Part shown: positions 28,601 to 43,870 of the stretch, piece by piece
Position numbering within the stretch: the stretch's first letter is position 1
Layout of the letters: each line of letters starts with the position of its first letter
Assembly: GCA_977030845.1 (NCBI GenBank)
Contig: OZ365111.1
Coordinates: 17,732,001 to 17,796,000, forward strand
Direction: 5' to 3'
Length of the DNA: 64,000 bases
Origin: Fimbriosthenelais zetlandica
Lineage: Eukaryota
The notes under the pieces: model-generated
The model's input: the letters and a program-made list of their open reading frames with translations, nothing else
What the model was told of the DNA's origin: nothing
The model's database searches: none
Position numbers and translations under genes: made by a program

Positions 28601-29870
28601 GGGTGGCTGGGGCAGTGTGAATCCTGCCTATAGGAGGATTCAGGAATTGCTGGTGGCTGGTGTTAGATCTGATAAGTGGAATGAGTGACTGAATGAGTGG
28701 GTGGGTGCTTTACTTCATAGATGGATGAAGACATGGTAGCGAGGGAAATGGAGTATCCAATGGAGTATCCAATGGGGTATTCAAGAGGCATTAAAAAGAT
28801 CTTCTCCAGATTAAACATTTGTGATTGGCTTCAAAATTCAATTTCATGGGTAAATACATTCAGAGATGGAAGGGAGAAGATAATTGAAAATTAACCCCTC
28901 ATTGTATAGCGCGTGGGGTGGATAATGAGGTATTTGTTCAGGGAAGGCTTTCTGATTGTGAGGGAAATTCTAGATTGAAAATATACGAAAAATGTATAGA
29001 TAGGAAATAGGAAGTAAGGGGCAGCGTGGGAGTGAGAGAAAGAGCCCTGGGGAAGGAGGCAGGGAAAGAGGGGGAAGGAGGCAGGGAAAGAGGAAGGATA
29101 GAGAGTGAGGAAAGAGATTGAGACAGAGGGGAAGGAATCTGAGGGAAGGGAGTCACAGAAAGAGATGATGGACAGAAAGAAAACAGAAATATGTCTCGGA
29201 GGGGAAAATTATAGGAACACACATAAAAAGTGCATCTAGAAAACTACAAGCCAAATGGAGGATACATAAAGGAGCAATGCATAGGCCTAATGAGAGATGC
29301 GAACAGTCCTTACTTATTCCCCAGCATTATCAAGAATCAGAACTCTGCTTTTATATTAGTATATTTCGTTGGGTCTGTAAATAAAAGGCAGGAGAGTTTG
29401 TATGAACAAAGCTTTCTATTATATCGGCGCGGAGTCCATTATGCAGTGTGAGTGGAGGGAGGTGATGTGAGTAGTGTAGGCAAATGGTCCACAACTCCAG
29501 TGCCAGAGCTGGGTGCATGCTTCATCATGGAATGACGTATATGGCATGAACATTTAATCCATTGGGAAGTATAAAAAGATACATGTAATGTTGAACTCTG
29601 GAGCCTGGTTTAGCTGGGGAAATGTCTGGGTACTTAGAATGGAAACGAGAAGAACTTTTTTTAATTGAAACGTTAAAATGTAGTATAGGAGGCACGTGTT
29701 GGACTCAGGTGACGTATGGATCGAGGGTCGCACGCACCAAGCCGTTAGACTCCGGCTGACTGTCAGCTTTTACAGATTGCTGACTTCCGGTCTGTTGGTT
29801 TGTAAAACGACCAAAAAAGCGGCAGATGGGACGTTTGCTGGTTATGTTAAAAGATATGCCTTCTATAGGA

Positions 29871-29958
29871 CCGATTTCAGTCGTCTGTAGGCCCGATTTC
29901 AGTCGTCTGTCAGACTGATTTCAGTCGTCTCTCAGACTGATTTCAGTCGTCTCTCAGT
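29871..29958. repeat. 22-bp tandem repeat x4
   Basis: C(C/T)GATTTCAGTCGTCT-containing units at 29871, 29893, 29915 and 29937. Confidence 0.9.
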
Positions 29959-31639
29959 CGGTTCAAATGGCGTGGGTCAGAATCATGGAGTAATGCATCA
30001 ATTCAATTATATACTGCGAGTAAATGTAACAAACAAACCTGAGGGAAATAAACATGTATTGTATTCTACTACAATACCCCCTGTCCTCAGAGGAATAGAG
30101 GGGACCCCGGCAGTGATGTGGTAAGATAGGAGAGAAACATGGTTTGGGGGCCAGGAAGGGAGGGTACCATATAGACATCGATTCACCCATCGAGCGTGCA
30201 ATGAGAGGTATTCAGTGGAAATAATGGGAAGACGGGCATGGGGGCCAGAGGATGGTCGAGATATACATCCCGAGGGGCACTTTTGATTATTCTGTCTATA
30301 CGTGATAATGATTCAAATAAAAGTGGTTTATAATAAACATTCAGTGAGATATTGCTTGGGTGGTTTCTTGACTATATATGCCTATGTTGTATTCTGTATA
30401 CTAATATTGCATTTTGTCTTCATAATATTTTTAAATTTGTATGTGCTTGGACCTCTTAATGAATGAATGGATTAATATGAATAATAAAGGCTTAATGAGT
30501 GACAGACAAAGGGTTCACTTTTTGGGGGTTCTGTCATAATTCATTATAGTTCAGCCAAGTGAGTCTTTCTGGTTGACTGCCTCTAGATCGCTATATAGCA
30601 CATAGTCGATCTCTCTTTTAATCTTATGTCATTTATATGATAAATTCCATATTAAAAAGATGAATTAATAAAGGCAATTAAGGTGCCATTTAAACTATAT
30701 TTCCCAAGTCTATTTTTGCCTGGTTTAAATCTAGATAAGGTCTAGAAATGATTTATTTCACTGGCGATCCGAGCTTCAGGTCCAAGATGAATGAGTCTCG
30801 GCAGAAGTAAACGGTCCTCCCTCGCTCTTTTAAAAAAGCTCCAGTAAAACATATCTGAAGATAAACTCTGCCTCTCTGTTACTTCTGTGATAAGGAAGAA
30901 AAGGCGAATGAAAAAAGGGTAATGGATGAGTTGAGTTTTATATAGGGCTTCTGGGTCTTTTATTTGCTCATCAGTCCACACTGCAAAACCGAGCTTTTAC
31001 AGAACCTCGTGTGCTTTTTTTCTCCACTTGGGAATTTGTTTAATGCACTTAGCATTAGTTTGTTTAATCTAAAATTTGGCTCTTTGCTTAATGTTGAAAT
31101 GGCATGACATTTTGTTGAATATAAAGCAGAATATTAATGTAAAATTGTAGTAATTTCTGATTGTAGTTTCTGATTTCAACTCCTCTTTGCAGGAATCATT
31201 ACTCAAGAAACATTTGCAGAAATGAACTTAAAGGTAGGTCAAGTATATTTAACGTTCCGGCTTGCATTTAAGCGGATATTATTCCGGGTGATTTTGATAG
31301 ACCTGTAGGATGGTCAGACTAGTGTTATAGCAATATTACTGAGTACCCACTCACAGGACAAAGTTATGCCACCAGCAGATCCCTCCCCAGCCGACCATTG
31401 CCTCTTATTGATAGACATTTTCATTTGCGGTTTTTTGTTGGCCTCATTTTTAATTCAAAGCCTTTAACCTTGACGTCAGGCGTCCCTTTTATAGCGACAA
31501 CTTCAATAGATACCACGCCCATTTATTTAGAAAAGGAAGTAACCGAAGGTTATGATGCTACCTCACATTAAGAAAGGATATATATAAACTCTGTTCCACC
31601 TTGTTTTAACAGTTGATCTCTATAGTATATCCATACTGT

Positions 31640-31960
31640 GGACGCCTTTGATGTGGATTTGTAAAGGCTTTAAAGCAAGGTGTTGTTGGTAGCGTTCCAC
31701 TTTGTGGCTGTTGAGTCGTCTTTAAGATTGCATGACTGGGGTATCAGTTCGGATATGATATCAGACATTGAAAATGACAGCAATATTTTATATACTCTAT
31801 CAACAGTTAGCCAGGGGGACGTGGGAAAGTCACCTCAAATTGAAACTGTTGTTATACTAATCCATACAGTGGAAAATTCTACAGGAACGCGTTTGTATTA
31901 AGAAACTGTATTGCAGTATGTTAATGCAGTGTGCAGAAAGATTCAAACATGCAAGAATTT
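31640..31960 (+). mobile_element. Possible highly degraded LINE RT remnant
   Basis: Loosely ordered VDL/KAL, WGI, VSQG and RLY*ETVL segments resemble RT motifs; the similarity is weak. Confidence 0.25.
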
Positions 31961-34900
31961 TTCTTCTACGCATGGAAAGTTGGAGTCATAAACATGCAAG
32001 CTATAGTGTGTCTCTTGCTTGAAAATTGTTTCTCTGTTATTTTAAAATCAATAGATGAAACAGTTGCCATGCAAAGAAAAATATTGCAACGGTACATTAT
32101 GAAAAACGGAGTAACATGAATAAAGAAAATGAAACACTATATGATTGAAGAACAAGAGAGATAACAAAAATAGAATAAACAATAAAAAAGGATGAAAAAA
32201 AGCTTTCATCCAAAGATGAACCAGTAGAGGGAAAGACATAAATGATCGCAGAAAGCAAGCTATATAGGAACCGAATGAGTCAAACAGTGAATAAATGAAG
32301 TCAATGAACCTATATATGTCAATAATAGATCCATGATCGCACTTAATATAGTTCACATAATGACCCAGGCTCATTATAGAAAAGAAGGTCCATGCCCTGG
32401 AACCAAAACCAGACTGGCACATGACAATACACCCCCACTGTCTAGTGATTTAAGTGTTCCCTTCCACTGCATGAGCATCCAAATAATAGGCTATGAAATA
32501 TAGAGAAGCTCTATATGTACCCTTTATATACTATAGGGTGGCTTTATGGGTGGTTAGATAGACTGTATTGAATACTTCACCCATACACCCACTCAAACCA
32601 ACCTGTGACAGGTCCATGGGGGTGAGGAGGAGGGGGGCCTGCTTGTAGGGGAATGATAGGGTTAATGAACCAAAACCGTGGTGTGTCATTGGATCATTGC
32701 TTGTACCTCACACTTTCTGCTACCTCCCTATGGGACTCTTGGTGGTACGACTGACTTGTTGGATATTCAAGAGATGCAATCTCCAAAAGATTCTGTGACG
32801 GTTCTGTGAGAAATCAAGGTACCTCAGCTAGGGGATAGAGACAGAGGAAGAGAAAGAGAGGTGAAAGGGAAAGACAGCAAGGGGGCGAGTGAGGGAGAGA
32901 ATGCAGGATAGAAGGAGGCATATCTTTTAATAGAAGAACACTCAGTCTAAGAGTCTTAATAATGTAGTTGTCACAACTTCATATTAATATTTGATCCGTG
33001 ATAACCACTGATCAAATATTATCATTATCACCATTAAATTCTTATGAACAAAATATAGCCCTATACCTGCTTAGTAATCTTAGTAACTAAACCTGTTGTA
33101 ACTATACCAAAAGTTCAACCCATCCAAGTAGAAGCTTAAACGCCCGGGGCCGATCAATGCTTGGCTTTGTCATAAGAGATGTGATTAATAGGAATAGGTT
33201 GATTGGGTGGGATGTGCACTCTAAATAACATCACCAGGGGGTTATCATTTCAAAGGCAGGGGGCGTGTGTTTTCGGAAGCTCCTTCCATCGACCTATTGA
33301 ATGCAATGCTCATTCCAAATACGCAATCACGATTTTTTCTACTGACTAGCCAGAAAGATCTATGTCATGGACTAATTTATTCGTTAGTTGCATTGAAATG
33401 AATATAACGTAGCTAGTCTGGATGTTAAAATGTATTTGTAAGATTTTCGGTCATGCTTATGTCTTTAGAATGACCCTGCAAGGCCAAACCGAAAAACTGT
33501 TTTATAATCATAGAAATATATTTGTGTCTGTTTAAATAGCCTACCGTTGAGACTATGTACCCCAGCTAGACATTTAGAGGCCAGTCCTACCTAGATTATT
33601 CCTTATACTAGCAAAATTATGAGGGAAAATAGTTTACCTTTTATAACATTTATAAGAAAGATACATTCCCATTGTGTAATGTACCATGCATACTATAATT
33701 ATATACTGCCCATGATTGTTAGATACAGTCAGGAAAAATACAGACTTCGACCCGCAATATAGACTGCTACCTGTTTCTTAAAGTGTTCAACTGGGATTTA
33801 TTATTCTCATTAGGCCCTCCCTGTGGGAATTATTTCCTGAGAGTAAATATCCATTAAACCCTGGATGGCATGATAACCGCTCGTAAATAGGCCACATTCT
33901 GGTTATGACATTTTCAGTCATATCATCATTTGAAAGTCCCGGCAAAATATGTATTTCAAATGACTCACCAAAATGCCTCTTCTCCCGGTTTTAAATACTT
34001 AAGTATAATAAACTTCTCTTGATAAAATCATTACAATTCTTTAGATTTTTTAATCCAAGGCATTTGAATGGAAAATGCCACATGGAATTAAGTCCATTAC
34101 TTTTCTCCGAGGCAACATCTTGAAAGGTTGGATACAGTTGCAGTTTCCTGCCAAAACATAAAATATTTTAATTGAATGCTGTGTCATTTTCCACTATCTC
34201 AGTATCTCAACTTGGGTTCCATACTCTGTATTCACTTCTCTGAAACGGAGGTTTCCTAATGATCTTGAATCATTAAAGCAAAGAAAATGGTTTTCTGTTC
34301 TCAGGGCATCCTCCTGCGCATATGCTTTTTGCTTGCATGGTGTCATGCGATATGCCAACAGGGGTGGTGTCATGAAAGACTTTTATGCACAATGAAACCA
34401 TATGATTTTGCTATGGACAAACAAATACACACCATTTGTAATGAAATGTCCCCTGAGGATATATGGAAGCTGTGCAACTACAGAAGTGATGCATTTTTCA
34501 TAGAAGATTATGTGCCCCGGTTATGTGCAAGATGTTTGACTGTTTTATTCAGTAACGTTATTGCCAGCTTGGAACGAGACAATTTTAATGGAGCCTCAAA
34601 GGACTTGCATAATTCATGAGCTAAACTATGATCTTGTACATACCCCAGTGAGAATGCTTCTCTAGGTTTGCTTCGATTCTATTCAGATGAGGCAATTAAA
34701 CCCGATGTCATCCGGGTAGTTTTCTTGACATATATGCCACTATTATCAGCTGTACGATCATCAATGGCTTATGGGCAATTGATGGGCCGATCTGTCGTAC
34801 AACAAACGCCTCAGTGGAAAAGAGGCTTAATAGGAATTGAGGTATATATAGTCATACATATTAATAATCATCACACTCATCATACAATGTATTCGTGTTA

Positions 34901-36062
34901 TATTACATATGGGATATGGGCTTAACGTATTGAAGGTATCAAGTCACCATTTCCCCATCAGTCCAAGTGAAAGATTATTTGCATCAGGGGAGAATAAACA
35001 CTGGACAGATAGAATTGCTCTCCACTGAATGATACATGAGCCTCAATTACTGAGAAACTCTATGCCGCAAACCGCTGATTCTCCTGCCCTCTTATAGGCG
35101 GAAGGTGTAGAGCATGGCTGCCCTGAAATGCTTAGACAGCAGTATGTAAAATGGCCAGAAAATAATTATCATGGCCCCCGCATGTACATGGTGTAAGGAC
35201 AGTCCATGGAAATGATACAAAATGAAATGGAAGACAGGGTATGTGAAAGGGTAAAAAAAAACGCTCGATATAGACACTTGAGGGGATTGAGAGTGAAGAA
35301 AATATAATGAAGAATCCATTAGAGAATCAGAGAAATCGGAGAATTGAGAAGAGGTATTAAAACAGAAAATGGGAGAAATGTGTAGATTTTCTGACAGAAG
35401 GATTGAGCTTTATAAAACCTCCGGGATACGGGTTCGAGTTCTGTTTCCTAGAGGGATAAAGCAGAGAAAAAGGTGAAATGTGAGGAGGTACAATTCATGG
35501 ATTTGGAAGTTTTTAAATTTTAAAATCCGCGGAAGGATTAGTATTCAGGCCTAGTGTTAAGGCACTTCCTGAATACAAAGGGATAAATGCTAATGAAAAG
35601 AACAAAACCTGAATTAAACAATTTTCGAAAGTCGCTCTTATAGACAGGGGCTTCCACTGGAGATAAGGTACAATATGTGCCCAGTCTCCAGGCAGACTGT
35701 TAGCAAAGAGTGAAAATGCTTGAAAGGCGTATATGTGGATTGAGTTGGGTCCCTGGAGGGGAATAATAATAGGGTCTATGTATGCTTGTCCTTCACTGTG
35801 AAGAATTGAACAGCATGGCTAACATGTCCCATGTCAGATGTGCTGACAGGGGTTTCAAAGAAACTAATTCTGGCCACCGACCCCTATCAGGTTGTATCAT
35901 TACTTACACCTCCCTTCTTACATTCTCCTTCTATCTGTCCTCTCAGTTACATTTCATTTTAGTTACACTTGCCTTCTTGCATTTAAATCCTCGAGGCATC
36001 ATGACATTTGTGTACACCCACAGGACTGAATGCATCTTATGCAAGACCAATGCCATGGGCGC

Positions 36063-36381
36063 GAGGGAATGGGGAAGGGAATTGTGACTCCAGTCCTTAT
36101 ATGGGATGAGGCCAGGGCTAGTCTAAGGTAGAATGATTGAGGGAAAGAGCAATGGAGTTGTGCATGACTCCAGTCCTGTCATGGCTCGTCTAAGGTGGGA
36201 AGAGTGAGGGAATGAGCGCAAGGGAGCTGTGACTCCAGTCCTATCCTGGCTAGTCTAAGGTGGGAAGAGTGAGGGAATGAGCGCAAGGGAGCTGTGACTC
36301 CAGTCCTATCAAGTGTCATGGCTAGTCTCAGGTGGGAGGCTTGAAAGAATGAGCAAGGGAGCTGTGACTCCAGTCCTATCA
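36063..36381. repeat. About 65-80-bp tandem repeat x5
   Basis: Recurring GTGACTCCAGTCCT and GGCTAGTCTAAGGT motifs. Confidence 0.85.
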
Positions 36382-39300
36382 TTAAAATCTACAGGTGTGA
36401 TCATGTCAACAACCACCCCACTCCCTTATCTATGTCAGCACTCCCCCCTCCCACCCCCACCCATCTTCACTCCCAGCAGGTACCAGACTTCCGACTTCTG
36501 GTCTATAAGCTCATCTTCCTAAAGCCAAATAAGGCGCACCATCCCCTAGCGCGTGACTTCCTACTGCACTTTTTCTTAAATACTTTTTCCTAAAGATTTT
36601 TGTCACAGAATCTACAATAGGCCTACGACCCTGCTGCTTTGTTGCCATGGGAGATGGCTTTTTAAGATTGGAAGGGAAGGGAAGAATAAAAGGGTGAATA
36701 GGAAAATAAATGTAGGTTAAAAAAAAAAATATATAGGTTAAATATTTAATAAATATGTATTATAACACTTAAGCCCCATATCGACTATTGTCTTTGGGGA
36801 TATAAAGTCAGCTTCAAGTAAACGGCTCAGTGGATATGTGGCTCAACACAATCGGGCATTTGCATAACCATATACATTATGTCGTCCATTGAGTTTTCAT
36901 AGACAAAAGAAAGTGTGTTGTGTAATGGACCCATACTAGATAAGATGTGCAGAACATACAAAGCAATAAAACTGTAACCATGCCCTTAAGTTATAACCAA
37001 ATGTGCCATTGCATCTTGAAGTATCTCTGAACCAACCCCAAAAGTGCCCAGCCCCAATGAAAAACGAGCAGGCCTGGGAGGGAAGCTGACATTGCAATTG
37101 GCTATGTTTGCTGTGAGGCTATTACTTAAGCCAGCCTGCCAATGTATGTGAGGCACCTGTTTTTACTGACACCCCCCCCCCCTCCCACCCACCCACCCAC
37201 CTACCCACTCACTCTGAGCAACCCTTCCATTGCTGTAGCATTGATCTTGGCATGGCCAGCCTCTGAGAAGGAGGCGAGGAAAGTTAATCACTTCATGCAA
37301 GATGGACGCTGCCAAAGATGGCGTGGTGCAGCTGACTATTATAGCAGCAGCTATAGCTCCATGGTCCCTCTTGTCAAGTGTGGCCACCACTGCCCAGTAT
37401 AAAAGCTGTATAACAGTCTAAAAACTGTCTAATCCTTGTCTGGCTAAGTAGGTGTATTCCAGTAGTGTACTAAACGATATGCAATGGCTGCTTTAACAAA
37501 AGGGAACATTCAGGGAGCGAGCTTATGTACAATTATCATACAGATAGTCTTGCAGATATTCAGAATTTCCCGAAGATATATAATAGAATATAAAGTACTT
37601 TATATCTGACATTTTTTAATTTGTTGAACTCAAATCCAAGTAGGTCTACTCTTATTAGTTCTTATTTAATTTGCAAATTTAAACTCATCAAATCTACAAC
37701 TGCAAATCTATAAGTGCTCAATGCAATCGCCCAACTGCAGTCTGCATAATACTGTAGGTGAACCCAGGCCTATACATATAAATATGCATTTAAAGGCCAA
37801 TGCTCGTTCCAAGTATTCAAGCTCCATCATGTACATTCCTATAGCTATCACCAACCTGAATGCATGATGGATACCAGTAGCGATAAGCCAGCATGTACAT
37901 TGTATAAGGTTGAGTGTGGAGGGCTTTACCACTACCTGTAGCCTACCCGCAGGCGCTGATGGGCAGGTACAGGATAAAACCAGGCTCACAGCCTGGAGCA
38001 AGAGGTATAGGCTCTGTACCATAGATCCCTGCCTCCAGGCGGGATACAGGAAGGCTGCAACCAAAGACATCCTTCCTCCCACCTCCTATACGACAGGATA
38101 AGTTATGGCATCAAGGACTAGCTTCCAGAATAAAATGGCCAGTGATATTTTCGGGGGGGGGGGGGGGGGTGAATGATTATATCGCAGATTGGCTTTTTCA
38201 GAGGGATTGTCAAACAATTTTTAACAACCAAAGGATGTGTTCCAAATGAACGCTTGTAACCGGAGAAGTCTTTGGAAAACGATCCCCAAGTTGGCCCGAG
38301 GTTTCCAACCAAGTGATAAAGGATTCGCGGAAAGTGAAACTTGCTATGGCTTGGGCTTGTGATGGTATATGACAGAGCACAGTATGATGCAACTTCCTCC
38401 TGATAATTGAGCAAAGAGGAAAAGCGTGATTGCTGGAGGCAGAAGTAATTTGGCTTCTGCTGCATTGAATTAATAGATATGCCATGTAGGTGATGGGAAA
38501 ATAATGGGCGGTAATCAGAGCAGACACCTGACAGTTTGCACCTACACTATTACCAAGAATTTGTTGTGCACTTTCAACAAATTTCATTTCATCTTTCTTA
38601 ATTAGAGTTATAATTTTAAACAAAGTTATCAAAGTTATAATTCTTAGTTGGAACATCCTACTAGCACCTTCTCATATGCAGTTGGCAGCATCATGTCCTT
38701 TGAAAGAACCCGAGTTGAAAATCAAAAGAATTGAAAAATTCGTTTGTGGACTATCACTTGCATCAAGAACACTATCTTCTCCAATTTTCCTCAACTATCT
38801 TGCACCACTTTTTAACATACATTTTAGAGAGAGCACTAGCCTGAATACCACGAATCGTAGACCTATGTGTATTCTTGACCTTTGTCATGCTGTGAAAATA
38901 CCTTTGGAAAAAAGGAACCTATCCCTATAAAAACTCATGAAATGATGTTTGGGGGGAGAGACTGGATCTCCAATGTGAACATTCAGTTGCTACAACGCCC
39001 TTGATGACATCAATGTTATTTTCTCCCAGAGCAATCTAGGAATGGATCCCTATTGGTGGTATGAGCAAGGCCGAGCTAGTCCCTGGCCTTGTCCGACATA
39101 GAATAGCTGTACTACCTTTTCCTCAGACTAATACACTGATGAATGGCCAGATGGCGGCCCTCTGGGTACAAGTAGATCCTATTTGAGCTAATGTAAAAAG
39201 AAACTGATGCATTCCTTGTGGGAAAAAAGCTGGAAAGCACAGAGAACGGCTTGCCTTTCCCCTTACCCAAGCCACCAGTAGACTCATCAAAATTCATCAC

Positions 39301-42075
39301 TCGAACAAAACAAGAAGAACAGTTGGCCAGCCAAGATGGATGGCTTATAATATATGTAGTCAGCTTGATTGATTACTGCTTTAATTGACGATTCTCAATT
39401 CATATCCCAGAGGTTTAATGATGAATAGATTCACTCGCGCCATTGAATATGTTTCATCTTTGCCAAAGGCTGTACATATTTCCTATTCACTTTTTTCCAT
39501 TAAGAAGCAGATGTTTAAAGTCTTCCAGAGATTTTAGTGAAAAGAAATGATGGATTATAGAGATGATGTATGGGGAAAGAAACAAAAGCTTTTCTTAAAT
39601 GCTTTGCAAGGTTTAGATTGTGATAAATTGAGTGATAATTGCTTGTCTAAGGATGACCTCATGTGGGATGTTGAGGTTTGAAGCTGGCCCCGAGTCCATA
39701 CTTCCCTTCTGGTGTTGATCCAAGAATTCACAGTTTATATTTTGGATCCACTTGGGTAAGTTCATGACAAACTTATCACCTCTTTAATCTTTTTCTTAGT
39801 AAACGAGGAAAAACTTTAGCGTATGGTCAGTTTTTTTCAGTTTCATTGTTAAACGTGTTCCGAACTTTCACAACTAATTACATGAAGATTTTGATGAATC
39901 TAAAGGGCTGAAAACTAAGAATGAAAATATAGTGTTCCTCCCCCTAATGCGACCTCTTTAGGACTACTCAAAAGTGGTCTGTATGGGGAGGTGGTCGCTT
40001 CATAGGGGTATTTAAACATATTACTTATAAAATGAAAAAAAGGAACAGGCAAGTTTGTTCCAAAGTGAGTGGTTGTCTGAGGGAGGTGTTAGAATGTGTG
40101 AGAGCTGTATACGTATAGAAATAACACCTTGCTTTCTGTTCATACATACAGTGTATATGAATGAATAATTTAGGACATGGAATGCCTACAACTGGGAGTG
40201 ACATGAATTATGGCACGGAGACCCATTAGAGACCTTGCTTGGCATTGAATGACAAAAGAGACAGGGAAGATATGACCCTGTTTTCCCAGTTCTTCAACCG
40301 ACCCTTGGCAGCAACTGATGCCAAAGGTGTCAGTGGTATGGACACATGCTTGGCCTGTGTGATCTGGCCTGTGCCCCTTATAGCATAATGCTGTATCTCC
40401 TATATTATATAGAAAAGTATCATGGTAATGGACATATCCCATGGGATGTATTGGGTGCGTGCCATTGTATAGTTCAGAATGTGTGCTAAGTTTGCGCTGT
40501 ATTTTGGTGGTTGTCTAAACCAAAAGCTGAAAACATTGTCAGTGAGTAACATGTACATGTATTAAGATTATCCAGCCTTTCTCTATTGCCCTTCTCCACC
40601 CAGTGCTGCTAACTGGGAAATCAAATACCACCCATAACTCCCATGCACTGTACTGTACATACAGGTATCTAAAATAACAATTACTCCTGTTCAATTATAT
40701 TATCAGAGGTCGTTTCCTACCCATCTTGGGATTTTAAACAGGGTTTACTTTAAGTAAACTCAGTTTTAAAATTTGACTTTTGACCCAAAAAACCTTATGA
40801 TAATATAAGTGGGAAGTACCATCTTCTTCACTGTGTACCATACACGTACCTCGTTAGTAAGCCTACACCCTACTTGCCCCCAAACCACGATACATGATAC
40901 ACGGGTATCAATTCAGTAAAGACAACCATTATCTAACCTTCTATCCAATCTTTGTCATTATAAATGGGTGTCACGCTTAAGGGAAACATTCATAGCCCAC
41001 AGATCTTATACTTTGAACTTTGAACGAAGTAAAGGGAGAAACTATGATGACATTTTCTGTGGATATTTGATGTGAGAATTGGAACTCAAATTACTCCACT
41101 GCTTGCATCATTACTGCGACAAGCATATCGCAGCAGTTGAATACCGCCCATAGGAGGACATTGGTGTTTTTTGGCTACATATACCAAGGTACAAGTGATA
41201 CCGTTTGTAAGCATTATAGTATAGAACCAGCACTTTCCTTCAAGGCAAGGCTGAAGAAGACACTGTAACCTATAGTTAGAATATAGGATGTACCGTGGTA
41301 CATTGTGATTAGATATATCTAGATATTTCCACAGGTAAAATGCACTCTTGGTATAAATAGCCATGATAAATGAGGCCTGAAAAAAATGTGTAAAAACTGT
41401 AGAAATGTGCTACCAATAATAAGGTCTCTGAGGCAATGTAATATCAGCCACCTCCCACCTTTTCTATCGTTTCTTGTTCAATATATGAACTTTTTTTTCC
41501 AACGCAACATCCATTATCAATCATTTTTCTTTGTCCTGGTATAAAATTTCTATTGAAGCTATGGGGATTATATCCCATCTCTGTTCACATCCAGACTGCC
41601 TTATCAGTTTTGTGCTTACATGACCTAATGGGGAAATGTCAAAAAGCAGTGATGGATAGATTGATGAAGACACCTCCCGTGGGAACCACCATGCCTCGGA
41701 TTTAGCCTGGAAACAGAGATAGGCAATATATGGTCTAAAACAAAGACAAGGGGCTGGGCTGGAAAAGATTTTCCACTTGGAAAGGACATGAATGTTATAG
41801 AGGTAGGAAATATACGGTCTAAAAAGACATGGCTGAGAATTGGATTGGGCTGGGATGGAGAAATTATATCCTTTCAAAAACACCAATTTTGTTTCATTTT
41901 TATTCTGGGGTTCTTCTATTTACATAGGTTTTCAACAACTCCAGCTATTTTTATGGGATGGTGACTTTACAGGTATAATAACTTCAAGAATTTAGAAAAA
42001 TATTCAAATGTACCAATGTACATTGAAAGTACCACTTGATCTCAACCAGCATCAAAACCAGGTTCAAAATCGGTG

Positions 42076-42377
42076 GCCCCGTGTGTGGAAGGTCGCTGGT
42101 TCGAACCGCGGCCGGGTCATACCAAAGACTGAAAAAATGGGACTAGTGGCTCCCTCGCTTGGCACTCGGCAAAAAGAGGACAGTACTAGGACTGGTCAAC
42201 CCGGTGTCAGTATAATGTGACTGGGTGAGATATCATGTCATGTGCCTGCGACATGATACCTCAGTGAGGCAGCACTATAAAAGAGCATTGGGCTCACTGT
42301 CACAAGTAGGCACCGTCATGATATAACTGAAAAATTGTTCAAAAGTGACGTTAAACCCCATTCAATCACAATCACAA
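42076..42377 (+). mobile_element. 5'-truncated tRNA-derived SINE
   Basis: Pol III B-box GGTTCGAACC (42098-42107); short-repeat tail (caatca); flanked by a 12-bp target-site duplication TCAAAATCGGTG (42064-42075 and 42378-42389). Confidence 0.85.
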
Positions 42378-43606
42378 TCAAAATCGGTGACAAATCGTTA
42401 AAATGATCATATCTGGTTTAGCAAAGCTCTGAAGCAACAAAACAAGTATCCAAAGCCCGGATAGTTCTTTGCGCTTCAGCATTCAACTCAGGCTTGTTGG
42501 AATAGAATCTCGGTTTAAAATCAATGCATATAGGATTGGTGGGGTAAATCAATTTCAATTCAATTGATTGGAATCAATCAGCGATAGTATGGAGGCAATC
42601 AAGGCTAGTGGGGAAGGGAGCAGTGGAGGGGACGGCAGCTGAAAATAAGATCAATATGGAAGAGCCACTGCCAAGCCTGGTCACTGGAGGTAGGCTAGCC
42701 ACAGGTTACTGGCCGGAATCAAATGCGACAGGTTCACGATCAATTCTTGTTATAATATTAAGTACCAGGCGAGCGATACTCTAACTAGATCATTCCATCA
42801 GATTCACTTCGATTTGCAAAAAATTTATTGAAAAAATCCTGGGGGTTTTTATTGGATGAAACAAAGGACATTACTTGAAGGTTTAGCGTTAGTGGATTTG
42901 GTGTAAATGGTTGCTAAACAGGAACCCATAACATGTGGGAGCGAGTGAAAATGAAGAAAATGAGAGATGATGAGGATGGCAGAAGAAAAGAGAAAGAAGA
43001 CCGAGACATGTTTATGACCTTTGGAACAGCTCCAGTGGGAACGCCTGGTCCTGCGGTCTAGACACCCCAAGTACATGTTTTGACCGTTGGAATGTATTTT
43101 TAAACATACGCGATGATGGGTCATTATTCATCATTATTCTTTATATTATATTCATCCATACTTCCGTTCATTCATTATTATACAATCCTTAGGATATTCA
43201 TTGGCTTGCTCCCTGAGTCATTCCCTCTCTCCCTCCCTTCTCTTCCTCACTCCCTTTATCACACACGCTCCTTCTAATTCATTCATTCATTCATCCATCC
43301 ATCCAACCATCAGAAGCCTTCTTCATAAAAAAGCCAAGTATAGATTTCATCTTGGCCCTCTTTGTGGTCAATCTAAAGTAAGAAGTTCATCCCTAGCCAA
43401 AAGCCCTTTCTGTTGAAGGAAATGTTAGCAAGGTTCTGCTTTCTGCTACCAGAGGACCTTTCCGGTTTCCTATTGATCTGACTGACATGGGAGAGCCTTG
43501 GCTTTGTTTGTCTCGTGGTGATACCTTGCTTGTATACTCTATATGATGGTAGCCTCTATTGACATCCCCCGTCCCCTTATATCTATGTCTATATAGCAGC
43601 CCTGAT

Positions 43607-43870
43607 CCATCGGTACATTTGGAAACGGACAAAAAAAACAGATTTAAATAGGATAATCGGGTCTAAATCAGACAGTTAATATCATCAGCCGATTTTTCTA
43701 ATACATATTGAACTGGCAATCGGCCTAGTTGATATTTCCATCGGTACATTTGGAAATGAACAAAAAACAACATATTTAAACAGGAAACTTCGGTCTAAAT
43801 CAGATAGTTTATATATCATCAGCCGATTTTTCTAATACATTTTGGACTGGCAATCGGCCAAGTTGATATT
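43607..43870. repeat. 131-bp tandem dimer
   Basis: CCATCGGTACATTTGGAAA starts at 43607 and 43738. Confidence 0.9.

Noticed and set aside
7645-31233. Plus-strand acceptor/donor pairs (7645-7749, 14334-14400, 31193-31233) as an antisense transcript
   Set aside because: Joining the first two creates a stop, and such pairs arise by chance in 64 kb; RNA evidence would be needed.
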